Source: an uncultured Candidatus Rokubacteria bacterium
Lineage (GTDB): Bacteria > Methylomirabilota > Methylomirabilia > Rokubacteriales > DASRDR01
DNA length: 64,000 nucleotides
NCBI GenBank assembly: GCA_963708025.1
Contig: CAVPSB010000013.1
Span: 64,001 to 128,000, forward strand
Direction of reading: 5' to 3'
Positions 27,563-38,110 of this stretch are shown in pieces. Under the pieces are notes generated by a model that was not told the DNA's origin, did not search any database, and was given only the letters and a program-made list of their open reading frames with translations. Made by a program: the position numbers and the translations under genes. Position 1 is the stretch's first letter, and each line of letters starts with the position of its first letter.

Positions 27563-27623
27563 GCGCGCCCGTACCGTCCCGGCCATTGCGACCGCAAAAC
27601 CGCTTCGGCTACGATGGGGCGCC

Positions 27624-28631
27624 GTGCGCTTCAGTGTTCGGGTCAACAACGACTTGACGCTCGCCGAGCACGTCGCGCTGGCGCGGACGGCCGAGGCGGC
27701 CGGGTTCGATCAGTTCTGGGTGAGCGACGACCTCTTCTTCCGGAGCGCGCCGGTCATCGTCTCCGCCATCGTCACCGCGACCCAACGGATCGAGGTCGGC
27801 ACCGGCATCCTCAACCCGTACACGATCCATCCCGCCGAGCTGGCGATGCTGGCCGCCACCCTCGACGAGCTGAGCGGCGGTCGCTTCAACCTCGGCCTCG
27901 CCGCCGGCGCTCCCAGCTTCCTGGCCTGGGTGGGCCTGGCCCAGGAGCGCCCGCTGGCGGCCGTGCGCGAGACGATCGAGGCGGTGCGCGGGCTCCTGGC
28001 CGGCGAGCGGGTGCCCCGGCAGGGCCGGTTCCTGCGCTGGACCGGCGACGCCTACCTGCGGTTCCAGGCGCCGCGGCGCACGCCGATCTACGTCGGCGCG
28101 ATGAGCCCGAACATGCTGCGCCTGGCCGGTGAGGCGGGGGACGGCGCGCTGCCGCTCCTGATGCCGCCCGAGCACTACTTCGGCGTGCGGCCGTACCTGG
28201 AGGCGGGAGCGCAGCGCCGGGACCCCGGACTGGGACCGCTCGATCTGGCCGCCTGTGTGTGGGTCTCCCTCGACGAGGACCCCGCCGCGGCGCGGCGGGC
28301 CCTGGCCGAGAAGGTCGCCTACTACGGCCACGCGCTGGGCCCGCTCATCCTGGAGCGCCTCGGGCTGACCGCGGAGGACTTCGCCCCGGTGACGCGGGCC
28401 ATGATCCACGAGCGGGACGTGGACCGGGCGTGCCGCCTCGTGGACGAGCGCATGCTCCGGATCGGCGTCGTGGGCGGGCCGGCGGAGGTCATCGCCCGCC
28501 TGGAGCCCCTGGTGGAGGCCGGGGTCCGGCACCTCTCCTTCGGTCCCCCGCTGGGGCCGGATCCGCGGCGCGCGGTGGAGCTGCTGGGACGGACCGTGCT
28601 GCCTCACTTCCGGTCCCGGACGCGCGATTGA
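27624..28631 (+). CDS. LLM-class (luciferase-like) flavin/F420-dependent oxidoreductase
   Basis: AEAAGFDQFWVSDD, VGTGILNPYTIHPAELAM..ATLDELSGGRFNLGL and PIYVGAMSPNMLRLAGE motifs. Confidence 0.9.
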   Translation: MRFSVRVNNDLTLAEHVALARTAEAAGFDQFWVSDDLFFRSAPVIVSAIVTATQRIEVGTGILNPYTIHPAELAMLAATLDELSGGRFNLGLAAGAPSFLAWVGLAQERPLAAVRETIEAVRGLLAGERVPRQGRFLRWTGDAYLRFQAPRRTPIYVGAMSPNMLRLAGEAGDGALPLLMPPEHYFGVRPYLEAGAQRRDPGLGPLDLAACVWVSLDEDPAAARRALAEKVAYYGHALGPLILERLGLTAEDFAPVTRAMIHERDVDRACRLVDERMLRIGVVGGPAEVIARLEPLVEAGVRHLSFGPPLGPDPRRAVELLGRTVLPHFRSRTRD

Positions 28632-28681
28632 GAGCGCGGGAAGGAAGGGGGGCGCCGGGCGGTGGGCCGGAGGTCCCGAAC
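28629..28681 (+). repeat. Internally shortened copy of the G-rich intergenic repeat
   Basis: Begins TGAGAGCGCGGGAAGGAA (containing the LLM stop) and ends GGAGGTCCCGAAC directly before a GTG start. Confidence 0.75.
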
Positions 28682-29442
28682 GTGCTCGAGGTCCGCAACC
28701 TGGCCAAGTCCTTCGGCAGCCTCGCCGCGCTCGACGACGTCACGTTCGGCGTCGGCGCCCGCACCATCACCGGGCTGATCGGGCCCAACGGCGCCGGCAA
28801 GACCACGCTGTTCGACACGGTGGCCGGGATGCAGCGCGCCGATCGCGGCGAGATCCGCCTCCGGGGCGAGCGCATCGACGGCGAGCGCCCGGACCGGATC
28901 TTCCGGCGCGGGCTGGCCCGCACCTTTCAGATCCCGCGCCCGTTCGGCGGCATGACGGTGCTGGAGAACGTGATGCTGGCGCCGGGCGGCCAGGCCGGCG
29001 AGCGCTTCTGGAACAGCTGGATCCGGTATCAGCCGGGTGGCCCGCGAGGAGCACGCCATCCGCCGGCGCGCGCTGGAGCTGCTGCGGTTCTGCGAGCTGG
29101 ACGGTCAGGCCGGCGCGCTGGCGCGGACGCTCTCGGGGGGCCAGCAGAAGCTCCTGGAGCTGGCCCGCGTCCTCATGGCGGACGCCGAGCCTGATCCTGC
29201 TCGACGAGCCGGCGGCCGGGGTGAACCCGGCGCTGATGGGGACCCTGGTCGAGAAGATCCGCGAGCTCCACCGGAGCGGGATCACGTTCCTGGTCATCGA
29301 GCACAACATGGACCTGGTGATGTCGATCTGCCACCCGATCGTCGTGATGGCCCGCGGGCGGATCATCTATCAGGGCGACGCCGCCGGCGCCCGCGCCGAT
29401 CCCCAGGTGCTCGACGCGTACCTGGGCGACGTCCCGGGGTGA
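28682..29442 (+). CDS. livG: LIV-family ABC ATP-binding protein (frameshifts near 29030 and 29184)
   Basis: GPNGAGKT, ARTFQIPR, LSGGQQKLLELAR, LLDEPAAGVNP, IEHNM and DAYLG are spread over three frames. Confidence 0.85.
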
Positions 29443-29449
29443 CGGGCCC

Positions 29450-30163
29450 GTGCTCGAAGCCGAGAGCCTCGTCGCCGGCTACGTGCCCGGCCTGCCGATC
29501 CTGCACGGCGTCTCCCTCCGGGTGGCGGCCGGCGAGATCGTCTGCGTCATCGGGCCGAACGGCGCCGGCAAGTCGACGCTGGTCAAGGCCATCGCGGGCC
29601 TGATCCCCGTCGAGGCCGGCTCGGTGCGCCTCGGCGACCGGGACATCACCGGCGTGGCCACCCACGAGCTGGCGGGCGCCGGCGTCGGCTATGTCCCCCA
29701 GACGGCCAACGTCTTCACCACGCTCACCGTCCACGAGAACCTGCTCGTGGCCGGGCACCGGCTGGGACCCGACCGCGCGGGACGGATCGAGCGCGTGTAC
29801 GGGCTCTTCCCCGACCTGGCCGCCCGCCGCCGGGACCGCGGCCGGGTGCTGTCCGGCGGACAGCGCCAGCTCCTCGCGCTCGCGCGCGCCCTGGTGATCG
29901 AGCCGGTGGCGATGATGCTCGACGAGGCGACGGCCGGGCTGGCCCCGCGCGCGGCGGCCGACGTGTTCGCCCGCATGCGGGAGCTGGCCGGCCAGGGCGT
30001 GGCGATCCTGATGGTGGAGCAGAACGCCCGGGCCGCCCTCTCCGTCTCCGATCGGGGCTACGTCCTCACCGAGGGCCGGAACCGGCTGAGCGGGGCGGCG
30101 CGCGACCTACTGGCCGATCCCGCGATCGGCGAGATCTACCTGGGCGGCGGGCGCAGTCGATGA
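29450..30163 (+). CDS. livF: LIV-family ABC ATP-binding protein
   Basis: GPNGAGKS, YVPQ, LSGGQRQ, MLDE and VEQN. Confidence 0.9.
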   Translation: MLEAESLVAGYVPGLPILHGVSLRVAAGEIVCVIGPNGAGKSTLVKAIAGLIPVEAGSVRLGDRDITGVATHELAGAGVGYVPQTANVFTTLTVHENLLVAGHRLGPDRAGRIERVYGLFPDLAARRRDRGRVLSGGQRQLLALARALVIEPVAMMLDEATAGLAPRAAADVFARMRELAGQGVAILMVEQNARAALSVSDRGYVLTEGRNRLSGAARDLLADPAIGEIYLGGGRSR

Positions 30164-31056
30164 TCGGGCAGCTGGTGGCCGACGGCCTCTCCGCCGGCGC
30201 GATCCTCGCGCTGGCGGCGGTCGGGCTCAGCCTCGGCATGCAGATCCTCCGCTTCGCCAACTTTGCCCACGCGGAGTTCGCGACCTGGGGGGCGTACCTG
30301 GCGCTCACCTTCGTGTGGCTCGGCGCCGGCGCCGCCCCCATCGCGCCCTTCTCGTTCGGCTGGCCGCTGCTGGTCGCCATGGTCCTGGCCGGCGCCGGCA
30401 CCGCCGCCCTGGCGCTCCTCACCGACCGCCTGATGTTCCGCCCGCTGCGCGCCCGGGGCGCGGCGCCGGTCACGCTGATCTTCGCCTCGTTCGGCGTCGC
30501 GCTGGTGCTCCGCAACCTGCTGCTCCTGGCGTGGGGGCCGCACGCGCACTACTACAGCCGGGAGCTGCCGATGGCGGTGGAGGTCCTGCCCGGCGTGCGG
30601 CTCCTGCCCGACCAGGTCCTCGTCCTCGGGCTCGCCGTCCTGCTGGTCCTCGCTCTCCACGGATTTCTCCGGTACACGCGGCTCGGGCTGGCCATGCGGG
30701 CCACCGCCGAGAGCCCGACGCTCGCCCGCGTGAGCGGGATCGAGGTGGAGGGCGTCATCCGCTGGACCTTCGGCCTGGCCGGCGCCCTCGCCGCCATGGG
30801 CGGCGTCTTCTTCGGCGTGACGGTCCAGATCCGACCCGAGATGGGCTTCTCCCTGCTGCTGCCGATCTTCGCGGCGGCGATCCTCGGCGGCATGGAGAGC
30901 CTGGTGGGGGCGGTGGTCGGCGGCCTGGTGGTCGGGCTCGCCGAGAGCCTCTCCCTCCTCGTCGTCCCGCCCGGCTACAAGCCCGCCGTGCCGTTCGTGC
31001 TCCTGATCGTGATCCTGTTCTTCAAACCGACGGGTCTGTTCGGCCGCGCGCGCTGA
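30160..31056 (+). CDS. livH: LIV-family ABC permease
   Basis: FANFAHAE, TRLGLAMRA, AAILGG and KPTGLFG. Confidence 0.9.
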   Translation: MIGQLVADGLSAGAILALAAVGLSLGMQILRFANFAHAEFATWGAYLALTFVWLGAGAAPIAPFSFGWPLLVAMVLAGAGTAALALLTDRLMFRPLRARGAAPVTLIFASFGVALVLRNLLLLAWGPHAHYYSRELPMAVEVLPGVRLLPDQVLVLGLAVLLVLALHGFLRYTRLGLAMRATAESPTLARVSGIEVEGVIRWTFGLAGALAAMGGVFFGVTVQIRPEMGFSLLLPIFAAAILGGMESLVGAVVGGLVVGLAESLSLLVVPPGYKPAVPFVLLIVILFFKPTGLFGRAR

Positions 31057-31086
31057 CGGGCCCGCCACCTGGAAAGGACGACCTCC

Positions 31087-31575
31087 ATGGCGAGAACGCT
31101 CATCTCCACCGGCACCCGGTTCGAGACGCTGGCCAGCTACTCCCGGGCCGTCGTCAACGGCGACATGATCTACATGGCAGGGAGCGTGGGGTACGACTAC
31201 GCGACGGGACGGATCCCCCCGGACGCCGTCGAGCAGACGGAGCAGATCTTCCGCAACGTCGTGGCGGTCCTTCGCGAGGTCCGGGCCACGCTGGCCGACG
31301 TCCTTCGCCTCCGGGTTTTCCTGGCCGACCGCGCCGACCTGATCCCGGTGTGCGAGGTCATCGGGCGGCACTTCCGGGACATCCGGCCGGCCAACACCAC
31401 GGTCGTCACCTCGCTCGCCACCGAGGAGATGAAGGTGGAGATCGAGTTCACCGCCCGCCGGGGCTCGGCCCGGATCGCGCGGTCCCGGGCCCTGGGCGAC
31501 ACCGCGCGGGCCAGACGGCCCGCCGGCGGAGGCCGGCCCGGACCCCGGCGTTCGGGACCGCGGCGCGGGAAATAG
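31087..31575 (+). CDS. Rid (YjgF/YER057c/UK114) family protein
   Basis: ISTGTRFE...YSRAVV.GD.IYMAGSVG...EQTEQIF.N...RPANT...MKVEIE. Confidence 0.88.
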   Translation: MARTLISTGTRFETLASYSRAVVNGDMIYMAGSVGYDYATGRIPPDAVEQTEQIFRNVVAVLREVRATLADVLRLRVFLADRADLIPVCEVIGRHFRDIRPANTTVVTSLATEEMKVEIEFTARRGSARIARSRALGDTARARRPAGGGRPGPRRSGPRRGK

Positions 31576-31650
31576 GGGATGGTTCCGGCTCCCCCCTCCC
31601 CCCAGTGGGTGGGGGAGGGGGGCTGGGGGGGTGGGCGGGAGGTCCCGAAC
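31550..31650 (+). repeat. Full copy of the G-rich intergenic repeat, with 10-bp inverted ends
   Basis: CCGGCTCCCCCCTCCCCCCAGTGGGTGGGGGAGGGGGGCTGGGGGGGTGGGCGGGAGGTCCCGAAC then ATG. GTTCGGGACC at 31550 pairs with GGTCCCGAAC at 31641. Confidence 0.88.
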
Positions 31651-32607
31651 ATGCCGAACATGCTGGGTCTGGTCTCCTACGCGGTCTTCTTCTTCATCAT
31701 CGTCCTGGTGTTCGCGATCGCGGCGCTGGGGCTCAACCTCCAGTGGGGATCCACCGGCCTGTTCAACGCCGGCGTCGTCGGCTTCTTCGCCGTCGGCGGC
31801 TACGCGCTGGCCATCCTGACCGGCCCCGATCGCCCGGAGCTCATCGGGGGCTTCGGCCTTCCATTCGTCGTCGGGCTGGCCGGGGCCATGGCCGCCTCCG
31901 CCCTGGCGGCGCTGGTCGTGGGCCTCGCGACCATCCGGCTCCGCGAGGACTACCTCGCCATCGCCACCTTCGGGACCGCGGTGACGATCCAGCTCGTCGC
32001 GCTGAACTGGGAAGGCCTGACCGGCGGCAACCTGGGGATCTCGGCCATTCCCCGCCCGCTGGCCGGCGTGTTCGCGCCTCCGCTCCGCTACAACGTCTTC
32101 TACCTGGGCCTGGTGGGGGTCGCGGTCGGGGGGGTCTACTGGGCGCTGGAGCGCATCGTCCGCTCCCCGTGGGGTCGGGTCCTCAAGGCCATCCGCGAGG
32201 ACGAGACCGCCACCGTCTCGCTCGGAAAGGACGTCCGCCTCTTCCGGCTGCAGGCCTTCGTCCTCGGCTCGGCCGCCATCGGGCTGGCCGGCGCCCTCTA
32301 CGTCGGCTTCGTCGGGTACGTCAGCCCCTTCGATTTCCTGCCGATCGTCACCTTCCAGGTGTGGACCATGCTGATCGTCGGCGGCAGCGGCAACAACCGG
32401 GGCGCCGTCGTCGGGGCCCTGGTCGTGTGGGCGCTGTGGAGCGGCAGCGGCTCGCTCGTCGCCAGCTGGCTCCCCTCGGAGCTGCAGACGCAGGGCGGCG
32501 CGGTGCAGGTCATCCTGATCGGCCTGGTGCTGTGCCTCACGCTCCGGTTCCGGCCGCGGGGCCTGATCGGCGAGGAGCCCCGGGTCTCCCGCCACCTCGC
32601 CGAGTGA
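31651..32607 (+). CDS. livM: LIV-family ABC permease
   Basis: LGLNLQWGSTGLFNAG, RLREDYLAIAT, SPWGRVLKAIREDE, IVGGSGNNRGA and RPRGL. Confidence 0.9.
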   Translation: MPNMLGLVSYAVFFFIIVLVFAIAALGLNLQWGSTGLFNAGVVGFFAVGGYALAILTGPDRPELIGGFGLPFVVGLAGAMAASALAALVVGLATIRLREDYLAIATFGTAVTIQLVALNWEGLTGGNLGISAIPRPLAGVFAPPLRYNVFYLGLVGVAVGGVYWALERIVRSPWGRVLKAIREDETATVSLGKDVRLFRLQAFVLGSAAIGLAGALYVGFVGYVSPFDFLPIVTFQVWTMLIVGGSGNNRGAVVGALVVWALWSGSGSLVASWLPSELQTQGGAVQVILIGLVLCLTLRFRPRGLIGEEPRVSRHLAE

Positions 32608-32635
32608 GGCCCCGCGCCCCTGGATTCCCCGCCGA

Positions 32636-32728
32636 CTAGTGCCGTTCCAACTTGTTCGAGGAATGCGGCGAGTCCGTGCTTCAAGAATCGCTTGCCCATT
32701 TTGGCTCATGTAGTTGGAACGGCACTAG
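32636..32728. mobile_element. 93-bp miniature inverted-repeat element (MITE) with CTAG ends
   Basis: Perfect 17-bp inverted repeats CTAGTGCCGTTCCAACT (32636-32652) and AGTTGGAACGGCACTAG (32712-32728) around an AT-richer core. Confidence 0.75.
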
Positions 32729-32787
32729 GCAAGGGCCCCCGGATGCTCTACTATCGCGACACCGAACGCACCAGGGAGGAGACTGCA

Positions 32788-34057
32788 ATGCGGCTCCAGC
32801 GAATGGTCGTGCTCATCGTCGCGACGGTCAGCGTCGCCGTCGCGCCGGCGGCCTCCGCCCAGCCGTCGTGTCCGATCAAGCTCGGGGGCATCCTGTCGCT
32901 GACCGGGTCGCTCGGCGCGGTGGGGAAACCCATCGCCGACACGGCCCGGATGGCCGTCGAGCACGTCAACGCCGCCGGAGGCGTCAAGGGCTGCCCGGTC
33001 GAGTTCATCCTCCGGGACGACCAGGGCCAGTCCACCGTCGGCGTGGACGCCGCCAAGAATTTGGTGGACGTCCAGGGGGTCCCGGCCCTGATCGGCGCCA
33101 TCAGCAGCGGGGTGAGCCTGCCGATCCTGAGCTCGGTCGCGGTCCCGGCGAAGGTCGTCATGGTGTCGTGCTGCTCCACGTCGCCGACCTTCACCACGCT
33201 GGCCCAGGAGGGGAAGACGGGCGGCTACTGGTTCCGGACCATCCCGACCACCAAGACGATGGCCTACGCGGCCGCCCAGCTGGCCGCCCAGCGGGGCTAC
33301 CGGAAGGTCGCGGTGATCTACGTCAACACCGACTTCGGGGTGAACCTGGGCAAGGATTTCGCCCGGGCCATGCAGAAGCTCGGCGGCTCGGTGGTCGTCT
33401 CGATCCCCTACCAGGAGAACCAGCCCTCGTACCGGGCCGAGGTGAGCCGCGCGCTCGCCGCCAGCCCCGACTCGGCCTACCTCATCGCCTTCCCCCAGGA
33501 TGGCGCCACCCTGGCCCGCGAATGGCTCTCGTTCGGCGGCACCCAGAGCCTCCTCCTCAACAACGCCCTCCGCGCCGACCAGTTCGTCAAGGCGGTGGGC
33601 GCCCGGTTCCTCCAGAACGCCTACGGCATGGATTCCGCCCAGGTCTCCGGGCCCTCGGTCGAACGCCTTCAACCAGGCCTTCCAGGCCAAGTTCGGCGCG
33701 GCCCCCAACGGCCCCGGGCTCCACAGCGTCTACGACGCCGTCGTCGTGGTGGCGCTGGCCATGCAGGCGTCGAAGACGATCAGCGGAACCGAGATTCGCG
33801 ACAACATCCGGCGCGTGACGGCCCCGGGCGGCGCCCCGGTCTCGACCGGTGTGGAGAGTATCCGGCGGGGCCTCGAGCTGCTCAGGAGCGGCCAGGCCGT
33901 CCGTTACGCCGGCGCCACCGGACCCGTCCAGTTCGACGAGCACGGCGACGTGTCCGGGCCGGCCCTGATCTGGCGGATCAAGGATGAGCAGATCGTGACC
34001 GACCGGCAGATCCCCCTCGAGGAGATGCAAGCGCTCTTCAAGCAGATCGACGGATAG
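32788..34057 (+). CDS. LIV-family ABC substrate-binding protein (frameshift near 33663)
   Basis: Signal peptide, IKLGGILSLTG, VNAAGGV and GAISSGV. The C-terminus YDAVV...YAGATGPVQFDEHGDV is in a second frame. Confidence 0.88.
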
Positions 34058-34181
34058 TCCCGACCAGGACCGCGGTCGGAACGCGAAATTTCGGGCCTGA
34101 CCGCCCCGGAAAGGGTGTGCTAGAGTCTGGTTCGGCAACCGATGGCCGTCCCACCCGCGGACGCTCAGGAGAGGTGACGCC

Positions 34182-35777
34182 ATGGACAACCTCGCGATGT
34201 GGAAACGCTTCAAGAACTACCTGTGCGTCTCCGATTCGGTCGGAGTCACGGTGGACATCAGCCGGATGAAGTTCAGCGACACCTTCCTGCAGGAGAAGGA
34301 CGCGGACATCCGCCGGGCCTTCGCGGAGATGGACAAGCTGGAAGCCGGCGAGATCGTGAACCCCGACGAGAAGCGGATGGTCGGCCACTACTGGCTCCGC
34401 GACTCCGCGAAGGCGCCGACGCCGGAGCTGCGCAAGGAGATCGACTCCACCCTGGCCCGCATCAAGAAGTTCGCCAAGGCGGTCCATGAAGGCCGCATCA
34501 AGCCGCAGAAGGCCAAGCGCTTCACCAACGTGCTCGTCGTCGGCATCGGCGGCTCCGCGCTCGGCCCCGAGTTCGTGGCCAAGGCGCTCGGCTCCCCGAG
34601 CCGGGACAAGATGAAGCCCTACTTCTTCGACAACACCGACCCCGACGGGATGGACCTGGTCCTGGAGCAGATCGGGGCGGGGCTCAAGGAGACCCTCACG
34701 CTGGTCATCTCCAAGTCGGGGGGCACCAAGGAGACCCGCAACGGGATGCTCGAGGCCGAGGCCGCCTACACCCGGGCCGGCCTCAAGTTCCCGGCCCACG
34801 CGGTCGCGGTCACCGGCGACGACAGTGACCTGGACCACTACGCCGTCCAGCACAAGTGGCTGGACCGCTTCCCGATGTGGGACTGGGTGGGCGGCCGCAC
34901 CTCCGAGATGTCGGCGGTCGGGCTGCTGCCGGCGGCCCTCCAGGGTATCGACATCCAGGGGATCCTCAACGGCGCCAAGGCCATGGATGAGGTGACCCGG
35001 AGCAAGGACCCGATGCGGAACCCCGCCGCCCTGGTGGCGCTCATGTGGTACCACGCCGGCGGTGGCCGGGGCGCCAAGGACATGGTGATCCTGCCCTACA
35101 AGGACCGGCTGGAGCTGTTCAGCCGCTACCTCCAGCAGCTCGTGATGGAGTCGCTGGGCAAGGAGCACGACCTCAACAACAAGGTCGTCAATCAGGGGAT
35201 CGCGGTCTACGGCAACAAGGGCTCCACGGACCAGCACGCCTACGTGCAGCAGCTCCGCGACGGCGTCAACAACTTCTTCGTGACGTTCATCGAGGTGCTG
35301 AAGGACCGGAACGGGAAGTCGATGGCGGTCGAGCCCGGGGCGACCAGCGGCGACTTCCTGAGCGGCTTCCACCAGGGCACCCGGCGAGCGCTGTTCGAGA
35401 AGGACCGGGAGAGCATCACGGTCACCGTCAACGAGGTGAGCCCCCAGACCGTCGGCAAGCTCATCGCCCTGTACGACCGCGCGGTCGGCTACTACGGCAC
35501 GCTGGTGAACATCAACGCCTACCACCAGCCGGGCGTCGAGGCCGGCAAGAAGGCGGCGGCCGGCGTGCTGGAGCTGCAGGCCCGGATCGTGGCGGGGCTC
35601 AAGGCCAACAAGAAGAAGGCCTTCACCGTCGAGCAGCTCGCCGACGAGATCGGGGCCCGGGACGAGGTGGAGACCGTGTTCAAGATCCTGCAGCACCTCT
35701 CCGCCAACAAGGACCACGGGGTCAAGCAGAGCCGGGCGGCCGGCGCCTCGATCTTCGCCGCCACCTACTCGGCGTAG
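34182..35777 (+). CDS. pgi: Glucose-6-phosphate isomerase
   Basis: [58 protein letters not shown] and [10 protein letters not shown] motifs. Confidence 0.95.
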   Translation: MDNLAMWKRFKNYLCVSDSVGVTVDISRMKFSDTFLQEKDADIRRAFAEMDKLEAGEIVNPDEKRMVGHYWLRDSAKAPTPELRKEIDSTLARIKKFAKAVHEGRIKPQKAKRFTNVLVVGIGGSALGPEFVAKALGSPSRDKMKPYFFDNTDPDGMDLVLEQIGAGLKETLTLVISKSGGTKETRNGMLEAEAAYTRAGLKFPAHAVAVTGDDSDLDHYAVQHKWLDRFPMWDWVGGRTSEMSAVGLLPAALQGIDIQGILNGAKAMDEVTRSKDPMRNPAALVALMWYHAGGGRGAKDMVILPYKDRLELFSRYLQQLVMESLGKEHDLNNKVVNQGIAVYGNKGSTDQHAYVQQLRDGVNNFFVTFIEVLKDRNGKSMAVEPGATSGDFLSGFHQGTRRALFEKDRESITVTVNEVSPQTVGKLIALYDRAVGYYGTLVNINAYHQPGVEAGKKAAAGVLELQARIVAGLKANKKKAFTVEQLADEIGARDEVETVFKILQHLSANKDHGVKQSRAAGASIFAATYSA

Positions 35778-35842
35778 CTTCGCCGGCGGGGCGGTCACCG
35801 GGCGACGGTGACCGCCGGGGGGGCCGGGCGGACAGGAGGAGC

Positions 35843-36646
35843 ATGCGGTACTCGCGAGCGAGACGGGCGGTCCTCGTCCTGGCCGCCGCCGGCCTCGCCG
35901 CCTGTGCCGTCGGCCCGCCCGACCCTCCCCCGCCCGGTCTCCCGGGCGAGATCCGGGTCGGCGTCACGTCGAGCTATGCCCCGATCATCTTCCGGCTCGG
36001 AGGGCCCACGACAGGCACGATCGCCGGGGTGGAGGCCGACCTGGCCCGCCGCCTCGGCGAGGCGCTGGGGCGCCCGGTCCGGTTCATCGAGGTGCGCTGG
36101 GAGGAGCAGATCGACATGCTCCTGTCCCGGCGGACCGACATCATCATGTCCGGGATGTCCATCACCCAGGCCCGGCAGGTCCGCATCGCCTTCACCGAGC
36201 CCTACCTCGAGACCGGCCAGGCCGTCGCGATGCGGGTCGAGGACGCCGCCCGGTACAACTCGCGCGAGAAGCTGGTGGCCGCCCCGGTGACCATCGGCGT
36301 GATCGAGGGGACGACCGGGGAGGTCTTCGTCCAGCGGAGCCTGCCCAACGCCCGCCGGGTGCAGCTGATCCGGGCCAGCGACGGCGCGCTCGCGCTCAAG
36401 CGCCGGACCGTCAACGTCTTCATCCACGACGCCCCGTCCATCATGTGGCTCGTCTCCGAGAACGAGGCCGACCTCGCCGGCGCCTGGACGCCGCTCACCA
36501 AGGAGAGCCTGGCCTGGGGGCTCCGCCGCGAGGACACCGAGTTCCTGGCGCGCGTCAACGACCTCCTGCGGGCCTGGAAGGCGGACGGCTCCCTGGAAGC
36601 GGTGCTGAACAAGTGGCTCCCCTACCGGAGGCCCGCCGGCTCGTAG
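35843..36646 (+). CDS. Family 3 (polar amino acid) solute-binding lipoprotein
   Basis: Lipobox LAAC, IRVGVTSSYAP, DIIMSGMSITQAR..IAFTEPY and WKADGSLEAVLNKWL. Confidence 0.85.
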   Translation: MRYSRARRAVLVLAAAGLAACAVGPPDPPPPGLPGEIRVGVTSSYAPIIFRLGGPTTGTIAGVEADLARRLGEALGRPVRFIEVRWEEQIDMLLSRRTDIIMSGMSITQARQVRIAFTEPYLETGQAVAMRVEDAARYNSREKLVAAPVTIGVIEGTTGEVFVQRSLPNARRVQLIRASDGALALKRRTVNVFIHDAPSIMWLVSENEADLAGAWTPLTKESLAWGLRREDTEFLARVNDLLRAWKADGSLEAVLNKWLPYRRPAGS

Positions 36647-36684
36647 CCCGCCAAGCCCCTCTGCAGGGGTGAGCGCGGCGGCTC

Positions 36685-37551
36685 CTACGGCTTGCGCAGC
36701 GCGAGAGGGGCGGCGCCCAGAAGGCGTCGGGCCGCCGCCCAGATCCCCTCGATTGCCTCCGTCAGGGCCGGGGCGTCGAGGGCCAGGCCGCGCAGCAGGT
36801 AGCCGCCGCGCGGCAGCGCCTCGCCGCCGATCTTCACGTCCGGCCGCCCCGTCGCCAGGGCCGCCACCTCCGACTCGAACCGCGCGTCGGCGACGACGCC
36901 GATCAGGGCCACCGTGGCGAAGTAGGGGTGTGATTCGGTCCCGCCGAGGCCGCCCCAGGCGGGATTTCCCCGCAGGACGAACCGGTCGCGGAGGAGCCAG
37001 CCGCCGGCGTCCCGGATCAGCAGCGCGCTCTCGAGCCGGTCGAAGCGCCACGCCTCACCCCGGCCGACGCGCCCCGCGGCGAAGGCGTCGACGAGGACCA
37101 GCCTCGCCCCCTCCCCGACCTCGACGCCGATCGTCTGCCGGAGCGCCGACCCGGCGAAGGGGATCGTGTGGTCCGGCACGTACTCCACGGTCGCGCCCGG
37201 CTCCAGCCGGATGAGCACGTCCTGGACGGCCGGCTCGCCCTCGGTCCGGTAGACCTTCGTCGCCGAGGGCGTCGTGAGGACGGCGTGGGCCCCCGGCCCG
37301 GCCACGACCTCGATCGCCAGCCGGTCGCCGCCGACCAGGCCGCCGGTCGGGTTGAGGACCGACACCACCGCCGCGGGATCGTCCAGCCCGACCGGGGCCA
37401 GGACCTGCAGCGGCAGCGTGGACCGGCACCCGGTCAGCACGGTGGCGGCGCCACGGCGCTCGAACCGGAGGCGCAGCGCGCCGTCCCGGCCGATCCGGTC
37501 AGGCGGGGAGCAGAAGGTCGTGATGAATCCAGCCGACGACACGGTCCACAC
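36685..37551 (-). CDS. ureD: Urease accessory protein UreD
   Basis: [30 protein letters not shown] and [13 protein letters not shown]; last gene of the urease operon. The start is approximate. Confidence 0.92.
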   Translation of the reverse strand: MWTVSSAGFITTFCSPPDRIGRDGALRLRFERRGAATVLTGCRSTLPLQVLAPVGLDDPAAVVSVLNPTGGLVGGDRLAIEVVAGPGAHAVLTTPSATKVYRTEGEPAVQDVLIRLEPGATVEYVPDHTIPFAGSALRQTIGVEVGEGARLVLVDAFAAGRVGRGEAWRFDRLESALLIRDAGGWLLRDRFVLRGNPAWGGLGGTESHPYFATVALIGVVADARFESEVAALATGRPDVKIGGEALPRGGYLLRGLALDAPALTEAIEGIWAAARRLLGAAPLALRKP

Positions 37552-38110
37552 CGGTCCCGTCGCGGAGGTTGGTGAACACGAACGGGCGGTCGCCGCGCAT
37601 CCGGCGCGAGTCCCGCGCCATCACGTCGAGGTCCGCGCCGACGTGGGGGGCGAGGTCGATCTTGTTGATCACGAGGAGGTCGGACCGGGTGATCCCCGGC
37701 CCGCCCTTGCGCGGGATCTTGTCCCCCTCGGCGACGTCGATGACGTAGATGGTGGCGTCGACCAGCTCCGGGCTGAAGGTCGCCGCCAGGTTGTCTCCCC
37801 CGCTCTCGACGAGCAGCAGGTCCAGCGCGGGGAACCGCTCGACCAGCCCTCGGACGGCCTCGAGGTTCACCGATGCGTCTTCGCGGATCGCCGTGTGGGG
37901 GCAGCCGCCGGTCTCGACCGCCACCACCCGGTCCGGCGGGAGCGCGCCCCGGCGGACGAGGAACTCGGCGTCCTCCTTCGTGTAGATGTCGTTGGTGATC
38001 ACCGCCATGTCAACCGCGGCTCGCAGGCGGACGCACAGGGCCTCCACGAGGGCGGTCTTGCCGGAGCCCACGGGGCCCCCGATGCCGATCTTGAGGGGCT
38101 TCGGGATCAC
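37499..38110 (-). CDS. ureG: Urease accessory GTPase UreG
   Basis: [38 protein letters not shown] and NKIDLA motifs. Confidence 0.97.
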   Translation of the reverse strand: MIPKPLKIGIGGPVGSGKTALVEALCVRLRAAVDMAVITNDIYTKEDAEFLVRRGALPPDRVVAVETGGCPHTAIREDASVNLEAVRGLVERFPALDLLLVESGGDNLAATFSPELVDATIYVIDVAEGDKIPRKGGPGITRSDLLVINKIDLAPHVGADLDVMARDSRRMRGDRPFVFTNLRDGTGVDRVVGWIHHDLLLPA

